A stretch of 50,705 nucleotides of DNA from Anaerolineales bacterium (lineage in GTDB: Bacteria > Chloroflexota > Anaerolineae > Anaerolineales > UBA4823), in the NCBI GenBank assembly GCA_041556275.1, contig JBFFIU010000001.1:1-50705 (forward strand), given 5' to 3'. The notes under the pieces were generated by a model that was not told where the DNA came from, made no database searches, and worked only from the letters and a program-made list of their open reading frames with translations. How positions within the stretch are numbered: position 1 is the stretch's first letter; the number at the start of each line of letters is the position of its first letter. Below are positions 26,506 through 33,431 of this stretch, piece after piece. The translations under genes and the position numbers were made by a program.

Positions 26506-28623
26506 ATGGACGAAAAAGAGCGACAAGAATATCTGGAGCAGTATAAAAAAGAGAAGGAAAAGGGCGTTCCCTTTTTCCCGGACATCCTTTTCAAAGATGC
26601 GGTCATCTCCCTGGTGATCTTCATCATCCTGGTGGCTTTAGCCTATTTTATCGGCGCGCCGTTAGAACCACGGGCGGATCCAGCTGATACCACCTACACT
26701 CCCCGACCTGAATGGTACTTCTTGTTCCTATTCCAACTGCTGAAGTACTTCCCGGGAGCATTGGAAGTAGTTGGTGTTTTTATCATCCCGTCAGTAGCAG
26801 TCATCTTATTGATCGCCTTACCCCTGATCGACCGTTCTCCCAAGCGGCATTTCCTACGCAGGCCAGTGATCTTGGTAGCAACGATCCTGAGTGTTATTGG
26901 CGTTCTTTTTCTTACCATTCAATCGAATCGAGAGATACCCCCACCCCTGGAAATCGTCGGGGGCGACCAAACCGCCGTCTTGTATACAGAAAATTGTGCA
27001 CCCTGTCATGGCCCGTCGATGGCTGTCCCAGCAGGTGTCAATTTGCATGACATCATTGCTCAAGGCCAGCATGAGGACATGCCCGGCTGGAGCGGTGATC
27101 TCACTACGGATGAGATCGATGCCCTGGCAGGTTTTATTATCTCTCCAGCGGGAAGCCAGCTCTTCACCGACAATTGCAGCGAATGCCATGAGGTTACTGA
27201 GCTGGTTGCCAGCAACCCGCTCGTCTTGAGAGAATCCATCCAGCGCGGATTGGAATTTGAACCTCATGCGGAGCTGGAAATCCCCGATTGGAGCGAAACG
27301 ATCAGCCAGGAGAACCAGACCAAGCTGCTCAACTTCCTGGTGGCACCGGATGGTCAACGTCTCTTCGCCACCAACTGTGCCCCGTGTCATGGTCAGTCCG
27401 TTGCAGTAGCCGGGGGCGAGGAGCAGTTATTGGAGATCATCAGCCAGGGTGGATTGCACCTGGAAATGCCGCCCTGGAGGGACATGTTGAGCGATAGCGA
27501 TTTGGATCTCCTGGCCAGATATGTTACCGACCCCGCAAGTGTACCTGAAGGCGCGCAGACTTTTGAAAACAACTGTTCTGGCTGCCATGCGAATCGCATT
27601 CCCTCCGCTGGAGATGTTGAGACCGCCCGGCAGATCATCGCTGAAGGTGGCGGACACGAAACTATGCCCGTCTGGGGTGAGGTGCTCACTCCTGAGCAAC
27701 TGGACGCCTTAGTCACTTTCACTCTCGCTGCCGCAGAAGGCACCTCCGTGGAGATCGGTCAAGAAATCTACACGCAAAATTGTGTGCCTTGTCATGGCGA
27801 ATTCGGAGAAGGCGGCCCCAACCCCTCTCGCGCTGGAGATATCATCTTCCCTATCAGCACCGAGGAATACCTGAAAACAAGAGATGACTTCACCGTGCGC
27901 TCAATCATTGCTCAAGGTCAGCCGAATTTCGGCATGTCGCCTTTCGGCAGTAGCTTTGGTGGACCTTTGCAGGACGAAGAAATTGATGCCGTTGTAGCTT
28001 TCATCCGGTCCTGGGAAGCCAATCCGCCGGTGGAATTGCCTCCAGAAATCGTTGTTGCCGTGGAGGATACACTGGCACTGGACACGAAAGATATCTATGA
28101 CCAGCTGTGCTCACAATGCCATGGTTTAAATGGAGAAGGTGGTATTGGACCATCATTTATGGACTCCGAATTTCATGACAACATAACCGACAACCAACTT
28201 TTCGAAGCTATAAATGTTGGACATGAGGCAACCTCAATGATCGGTTGGGGTGATGTTCTAAGTGTTGATCAGATCCAGCAAATGGTCCTGCTTATTCGCC
28301 AATTTAGATCTTCACCGGTTGCAGGTCAACCAACAACTGCGGAAGTATCCTTTTCCGAAGATGTGATGCCTATCTTCGAGGCTGATTGTATTGCTTGCCA
28401 CGGAAATTTTGGGGGCTGGGATGCCAGCAGCTATACCAGTGTGTTAGGCACAGGTAACAACGCTCCAGTGGTCATACCCGGTGATCCAGAGAACAGTCTT
28501 CTCGCTCAAAAGATGACCGACACTCAATCTATTGGACAGATAATGCCTCCAGCCGGATTATTGCCTGATGATGAAGTACAAGTTGTCCTGGATTGGATCG
28601 CAGCAGGTGCACCTGATAATTAA
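26506..28623 (+). CDS. Cytochrome b subunit IV-like domain fused to seven c-type heme domains
   Basis: The N-terminus has PRPEWYFLFLFQLLKYFP (the subunit IV / cyt b C-terminal signature) and 3 TM helices. It is followed by CAPCH, CSECH, CAPCH, CSGCH, CVPCH, CSQCH and CIACH, each in a class-I-like context. Confidence 0.85.
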   Translation: MDEKERQEYLEQYKKEKEKGVPFFPDILFKDAVISLVIFIILVALAYFIGAPLEPRADPADTTYTPRPEWYFLFLFQLLKYFPGALEVVGVFIIPSVAVILLIALPLIDRSPKRHFLRRPVILVATILSVIGVLFLTIQSNREIPPPLEIVGGDQTAVLYTENCAPCHGPSMAVPAGVNLHDIIAQGQHEDMPGWSGDLTTDEIDALAGFIISPAGSQLFTDNCSECHEVTELVASNPLVLRESIQRGLEFEPHAELEIPDWSETISQENQTKLLNFLVAPDGQRLFATNCAPCHGQSVAVAGGEEQLLEIISQGGLHLEMPPWRDMLSDSDLDLLARYVTDPASVPEGAQTFENNCSGCHANRIPSAGDVETARQIIAEGGGHETMPVWGEVLTPEQLDALVTFTLAAAEGTSVEIGQEIYTQNCVPCHGEFGEGGPNPSRAGDIIFPISTEEYLKTRDDFTVRSIIAQGQPNFGMSPFGSSFGGPLQDEEIDAVVAFIRSWEANPPVELPPEIVVAVEDTLALDTKDIYDQLCSQCHGLNGEGGIGPSFMDSEFHDNITDNQLFEAINVGHEATSMIGWGDVLSVDQIQQMVLLIRQFRSSPVAGQPTTAEVSFSEDVMPIFEADCIACHGNFGGWDASSYTSVLGTGNNAPVVIPGDPENSLLAQKMTDTQSIGQIMPPAGLLPDDEVQVVLDWIAAGAPDN

Positions 28624-28707
28624 ATCTCATAAGAATCCATCGTCAACAGAGACGTGATTGATTATTGGTAATGAGGAAATTTCAAGCGATTTAACATACG
28701 AGTAGCT

Positions 28708-30213
28708 GTGGATTCAAAACGACGTTCTCGGTATTGGCCGATCAATGCCAATCTGCGCGCCAAGGTCACCCTTGGTGTGGTCGTGCCTTTGATCTTGATC
28801 CTTGGCATATTTACCGTAATCGAAGCCTCTCGTCACCGAGAGACCGAACTTTCCAACCTTTCTATACTTGCATCGCAATCCGGTATGGTGATCGAAAGTT
28901 CATTGCGAAACGCAATGTTGCAATCCGATTTCTCTGAAGTTCAAAGGATATTGGATGCGGTCGGTGATGCGGGGGAATTCCGTGTCGTATACTTAATGGA
29001 CAGCGATGGAAAAATAATCTTTGCACCGCATGGTGAGGGTGTTGGCGAGCGGTTAGACAACAAACACCCAACCTGCCAAGCGTGCCATAAGTTGCTGCCT
29101 GATGAGAGACCAAGCAGTGTCGTGGTGACAGATGATGATCAGCGCGTCTTTCGGAGCATGTATCCCATAAGAAATGCACCGGAATGCATGACCTGTCACG
29201 ATCCGGATAAACCGATTATCGGTTTGTTGCTCACCGATATCCCTATTACAAAGGTGGAATCAGCTTTAACAGCAGACTTACGCGAGAATCTGCTGTGGTG
29301 GGTCGGAACGATTTTAGCAACAGTTTTCGTTGTTAATGTTGCCATGAGCAACATTGTTATTAACCGCCTGCAAAAATTAGCCCAGGCTTTGGCGGGCTTT
29401 GGGCAAGACCAATTGAGTCTCCGGCTCCCCGCTGAAGAACCCGATGAAATCGGTCAGCTTTCAGAAGCCTTCAACAATATGAGCCAGCGCATTGAGGTTG
29501 AAGTGGCAGAAAACCGAGCCCTCTCCGATCACCTTTATCTGCAAAGCAAACAGCGTGGTGAACTGCTTAATCATTTGATCACAGCCCAGGAGGATGAGCG
29601 CAAACGTGTGGCTCGCGAACTCCACGATGATCTTGGCCAGGCGTTGGGGGCATTGGCCTTGCAAGCGGAAGCGACTGAAAAACTCATCACCTCCGATCCA
29701 GAACGTGCGATCTACCAATTGAACCTGATTCGAGAGCTGATCACCGAAACAACAGAACGGATGTATGAACTTATATTAGCATTGCGCCCCTCAACACTCG
29801 ACGATCTGGGCTTAGTCGTAGCTCTACAATCCCATGCTGATAGATTTCTATCCGGCAGCGGCATTGCCTTTGAATTAAATGCTGATGGCTTGTCCGATCG
29901 CCTCACGCCCGAATTGGAGACCGCCCTATACCGGATCTACCAGGAAGCCCTGAACAACGTCAGGCGACATTCCGGTGCGAACAGGGTATCCATCACCCTG
30001 ACAATGAACCACGGCTTTCTCGAAAGCGAGATACAGGATGATGGCCGCGGTTTTGATCCTCAGGTGTTAGACTCCAATGGAGACAGCCCGCATGGATTGG
30101 GATTATTGGGTATGAAGGAGCGCGTCAATCAGGCTTGCGGGAATATCGAGATCATCTCTCAACCAGGCATCGGCACACGCATCCATCTGCGTTTCCCAAT
30201 TAATGGAGGTTGA
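28708..30213 (+). CDS. Sensor histidine kinase (HAMP-HisKA_3-HATPase) with two CXXCH motifs in its periplasmic domain
   Basis: TM1 is at about residues 20-38 and TM2 at about 195-217. Between them are HPTCQACHK (nt 29074-29088) and APECMTCHD (nt 29185-29199). H-box RVARELHDDLGQ. GTG start. Confidence 0.8.
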   Translation: MDSKRRSRYWPINANLRAKVTLGVVVPLILILGIFTVIEASRHRETELSNLSILASQSGMVIESSLRNAMLQSDFSEVQRILDAVGDAGEFRVVYLMDSDGKIIFAPHGEGVGERLDNKHPTCQACHKLLPDERPSSVVVTDDDQRVFRSMYPIRNAPECMTCHDPDKPIIGLLLTDIPITKVESALTADLRENLLWWVGTILATVFVVNVAMSNIVINRLQKLAQALAGFGQDQLSLRLPAEEPDEIGQLSEAFNNMSQRIEVEVAENRALSDHLYLQSKQRGELLNHLITAQEDERKRVARELHDDLGQALGALALQAEATEKLITSDPERAIYQLNLIRELITETTERMYELILALRPSTLDDLGLVVALQSHADRFLSGSGIAFELNADGLSDRLTPELETALYRIYQEALNNVRRHSGANRVSITLTMNHGFLESEIQDDGRGFDPQVLDSNGDSPHGLGLLGMKERVNQACGNIEIISQPGIGTRIHLRFPINGG

Positions 30214-30866
30214 TCCTGGCTGATCCAATTCGCGTCCTCATCGCCGATGATCATACAATTGTTCGTTCAGGCGTTCGCCTGCTGCTGGAAGCCGAAGCTG
30301 ATATTGAGGTAGTTGGTGAGGCACTTGATGGTCGCGAGGCATTAAAACTGGCAAAATCACTCCAACCGGATGTAGTATTAATGGATATCACCATGCCAGT
30401 GATGGATGGGCTGGAGGCAACCAAACAGCTCAAAACGCGCTTCCCGCATATCAATGTCCTGGTTTTGACCATGCACCGATCAGACGAATATTTCTTCGAA
30501 ATGCTCAAAGCAGGAGCCTCCGGATACATCCTTAAAGGCGCCAAGACAAACGAACTTATCAATGCAGTCCGGGTTGTCCATCAAGGGGAGGTATTTCTTT
30601 ATCCCACGATGACTCAAAAACTGGTCCAAGGTTATCTTCAGTTAGCAGATTGGGAGAATGAGAGTGAACCTTCTCTGAGCCCGCGAGAAAAGGAGATCTT
30701 TCGATTGTTGGCAGAGGGTTACAGTAATAAAGAGATCGCCGAAAAGCTGGTCATTAGCCCCAGCACTGTTCACTCTCATCGTGGCAATTTAATGGACAAG
30801 CTTGGGCTGAGCAATCGCCGTGAATTAATTCAATACGCTAGGAAGCGTGGTTTGATCCAGAATTAG
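30210..30866 (+). CDS. NarL/LuxR-family response regulator
   Basis: IRVLIADDHTIVRSG, DVVLMDITMPVMDG, LuxR HTH (LSPREKEIFRLLAEGYSNKEIAEKLVISPSTV). The TTG start overlaps the kinase stop (TTGA). Confidence 0.9.
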   Translation: MILADPIRVLIADDHTIVRSGVRLLLEAEADIEVVGEALDGREALKLAKSLQPDVVLMDITMPVMDGLEATKQLKTRFPHINVLVLTMHRSDEYFFEMLKAGASGYILKGAKTNELINAVRVVHQGEVFLYPTMTQKLVQGYLQLADWENESEPSLSPREKEIFRLLAEGYSNKEIAEKLVISPSTVHSHRGNLMDKLGLSNRRELIQYARKRGLIQN

Positions 30867-30905
30867 CGTATACAATAACCTATCATTGCCAATTCCTTCA
30901 AAAAA

Positions 30906-30932
30906 ACGCCAAACAGATTGGCGTCTTTTTTA
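30906..30932 (+). terminator. Rho-independent terminator
   Basis: ACGCCAA (30906-30912) / TTGGCGT (30918-30924), followed by CTTTTTTATT. Confidence 0.6.
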
Positions 30933-31014
30933 TTAAATTTGGCAATTTCAGTGATGTACAAACGCGTAATTTTTCACTAATATTCCCTTAAGGATTTATT
31001 AGGTTCTTGGAGGC

Positions 31015-31353
31015 GTGTTGGCTACCCACCGGGTGTACGTGATTTGGACCAACCCCCTGTTTCACGACTCATTGCTTCAATTATTGGCTCACACTGATAT
31101 CAAATGGGTCGGTGCAGCCTCGGATTTCACCATTGCAGTTGAAGAGATATCTCGCCTTCACCCGGACACAATTCTTATCGAAGAACAGGATGGTGAGACG
31201 ACCACAACTACTTTTATGGAAATCGTGGATAAGTTTCAATGGAATTTGCGCGTGGTAGGGGTCAGTCTCAGTGACAATCAATTGAGTGTCTACCAACACG
31301 CGCAACAGACGGTGGGGCAACCAGAGGATCTGATTCGCTTGATTATTGAATGA
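31015..31353 (+). CDS. Hypothetical protein, possibly a degenerate (pseudo-)receiver domain
   Basis: 112 aa with a GTG start. The alternating beta/alpha pattern resembles CheY-like receivers, but the acidic pocket is missing (VYVIWTNPLF for xDDxx, TILIEEQDG for the phospho-Asp strand). Confidence 0.35.
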   Translation: MLATHRVYVIWTNPLFHDSLLQLLAHTDIKWVGAASDFTIAVEEISRLHPDTILIEEQDGETTTTTFMEIVDKFQWNLRVVGVSLSDNQLSVYQHAQQTVGQPEDLIRLIIE

Positions 31354-31489
31354 TAGACCTCAGAATGTTCCTCCGAATAATAATAGTTCAATGTCCAATT
31401 TAATTATGCCGAGGAGGTTCACTATGTAAACTAACAAATAAAATACGATGGATTGGGGTTACCGAATGATTGATTTGAGGAGGTGCAGC

Positions 31490-32824
31490 ATGCTTCGTAA
31501 ATTCACTTTTATAACAATGCTTATTTTTGCTACACTGCTGTTAGCGGCTTGTGCTGGTGATCAAGGTCCCGAGGGGCCTGAGGGACCACCAGGACCCGCA
31601 GGTCCAGCTGGAGCTCAAGGCCCAGAAGGTTCACCAGGAACCGAGTTGACTGAAGATCAACTTGCGGCACTGGAAACTGCAGGCAATTTGGCTGGCATTC
31701 AGTTTCCGACTTTAGATGAGGTGCGTAGAGGTTGTCCGGCCTGCCATGTACTGGTAGATGAGGAAACTGGACAATATACACTTCCATATGAGGCTCACGA
31801 AAGGGCTGAAGCTCGTGGAGAAGAACATCCGGAGACTGCTCCAGATGGAACCTCGCTCGCAGCAACAGAGGAAGTTAATGTCACAACTTGCTTGCAATGT
31901 CACGCAGCCGGCACCGGTGATCGGGCTGGAAAAGGGGTCATTGCCCCACTGGCATTGCGTGATATCGTCCATCCTGCACACATGTACAGCCAGTGGTTTA
32001 AACTTCACTACGGCGGTAACTGCTTCACTTGCCACAATGTAGATGGTGAAGGCAATTGGGAATTGCTTACCGAAAAAGTTGAAGTGAATGAGAAAGGCGT
32101 CCCTGACCCGGATGCAGTGCCGATCCCGGGCGCCATTGCGATTGGTGGAGCACCATCATTATCAGGTTCAGTGGCCGCTGGCGGGAGATTGTACGACAAA
32201 TGGTGGAAAGAAGTTGGAGTAGACGAACCCAGTACGGACCAACCCTTGTGGGCTTCTCAAACCACCAACACCCGCAGTGGTGGCGACACCTGGCGTTGCA
32301 AAGAATGTCACGGGTGGGATTACAAGGGTGCCGACGGCGCTTATGGTTCTGGTTCCCACTTCACTGGTTTCCCTGGTGTGTTTGATGTCCAATCAGAATC
32401 CTTTGACACGATCGTAGCTTTTATTGATGGAAGCGCTAATTCGGATCACGACTTTTCAGCAATGGGTGATGAGGCTATCAATGACCTGGCGGCTTTTCTT
32501 TCTACTGGTCTTGCCGACTACGCACCCCTAATAAATGCCGAGACGAAAGCAGCCAACGGTGGCGACACCGCAAATGGCGAGTCTCTCTATGCTGCTTGTT
32601 CTGCTTGCCATGGAGAAGATGGGCGCTTGATCAATTTCGGAGATGACGACGATCCAACATACGTTGGTACTGTCGCCTTAGATAACCCTTGGGAGTTTCT
32701 GCATAAGGTACGCGCTGGTCAGCCTGGTACTGCTATGCCAGCCTCCCTTGATGCGAACTGGAGTATGGATGACTTGCTAGACCTGTTAGCTTTCTCCCAG
32801 ACTCTACCAACCGAGGTACCTTAA
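31490..32824 (+). CDS. Pentaheme cytochrome c lipoprotein with an N-terminal collagen-like Gly-X-Y stalk
   Basis: The ATG at 31490 follows a GAGGAGG RBS. Lipobox LAAC, 10 GXY triplets, and CPACH, CLQCH, CFTCH, CKECH, CSACH. Confidence 0.8.
   Translation: MLRKFTFITMLIFATLLLAACAGDQGPEGPEGPPGPAGPAGAQGPEGSPGTELTEDQLAALETAGNLAGIQFPTLDEVRRGCPACHVLVDEETGQYTLPYEAHERAEARGEEHPETAPDGTSLAATEEVNVTTCLQCHAAGTGDRAGKGVIAPLALRDIVHPAHMYSQWFKLHYGGNCFTCHNVDGEGNWELLTEKVEVNEKGVPDPDAVPIPGAIAIGGAPSLSGSVAAGGRLYDKWWKEVGVDEPSTDQPLWASQTTNTRSGGDTWRCKECHGWDYKGADGAYGSGSHFTGFPGVFDVQSESFDTIVAFIDGSANSDHDFSAMGDEAINDLAAFLSTGLADYAPLINAETKAANGGDTANGESLYAACSACHGEDGRLINFGDDDDPTYVGTVALDNPWEFLHKVRAGQPGTAMPASLDANWSMDDLLDLLAFSQTLPTEVP
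31556..31645 (+). repeat. Collagen-like triplet repeat (10 x Gly-X-Y), coding
   Basis: GDQGPEGPEGPPGPAGPAGAQGPEGSPGTE. Confidence 0.8.
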
Positions 32825-32847
32825 CTATAGAACGAGAATACAGGCTG

Positions 32848-32877
32848 AAGGGCTGGAGGGAAAACCTTCCAGCCCTT
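32848..32877 (+). terminator. Hairpin between the pentaheme gene and actA (terminator or attenuator)
   Basis: AAGGGCTGGAGG / CCTTCCAGCCCTT with one bulge. There is no strong U-run. Confidence 0.35.
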
Positions 32878-32908
32878 ATGGAAAATCTTTCTTACCTTCA
32901 AAAGTAAA

Positions 32909-33424
32909 ATGAACCGTCTCTGGTTGATCGTAATTTTTATCTTGATCGTAACGGGTGTCATCGTTGGGGTGATTCTCACCCGAAATCAGGTTTATGCAGC
33001 TCCCGAACAACCGATTGCATACAGCCATGAAGTCCATGTCCAGGCAGGCATCCAATGCCTTTACTGCCATCCTAGCGCGCTACAGTCGCCCATAGCAGGT
33101 ATTCCATCCGTGCAGAAATGCATGGGCTGTCACAATGTAATTCAAACAGAAAGCCCAGAAATACAGCAGGTTAGCAGCTACTATGAGAGTGGGCAGCCAA
33201 TTCCTTGGGAGAGGATCAACAGACAACCGGATTTTATCTATTTTAGTCATCAACCTCATCTTGGTGCGGGACTTAATTGTGAAACCTGCCACGGTGATGT
33301 TGGTCAAATGGATGTAACTCAACAAACCGTGAAGATGGATATGGGTTGGTGTCTGGATTGCCATTTACAACAACCTGAAGAAAAAGTAGGTCGTCTCGCT
33401 GACTGCCTTACTTGCCACAAGTGA
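32909..33424 (+). CDS. actA: Alternative Complex III subunit ActA (pentaheme cytochrome c)
   Basis: N-terminal TM helix. CLYCH, CMGCH, CETCH, CLDCH, CLTCH. Lies directly upstream of the actB-like genes. Confidence 0.85.
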   Translation: MNRLWLIVIFILIVTGVIVGVILTRNQVYAAPEQPIAYSHEVHVQAGIQCLYCHPSALQSPIAGIPSVQKCMGCHNVIQTESPEIQQVSSYYESGQPIPWERINRQPDFIYFSHQPHLGAGLNCETCHGDVGQMDVTQQTVKMDMGWCLDCHLQQPEEKVGRLADCLTCHK

Positions 33425-33431
33425 TAATGAA

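Noticed and set aside
26854-27390. 178-aa minus-strand ORF inside the subunit IV-heptaheme gene
   Set aside because: Same reasoning. It is antisense to a frame with regularly spaced CXXCH domains and has no motif support.
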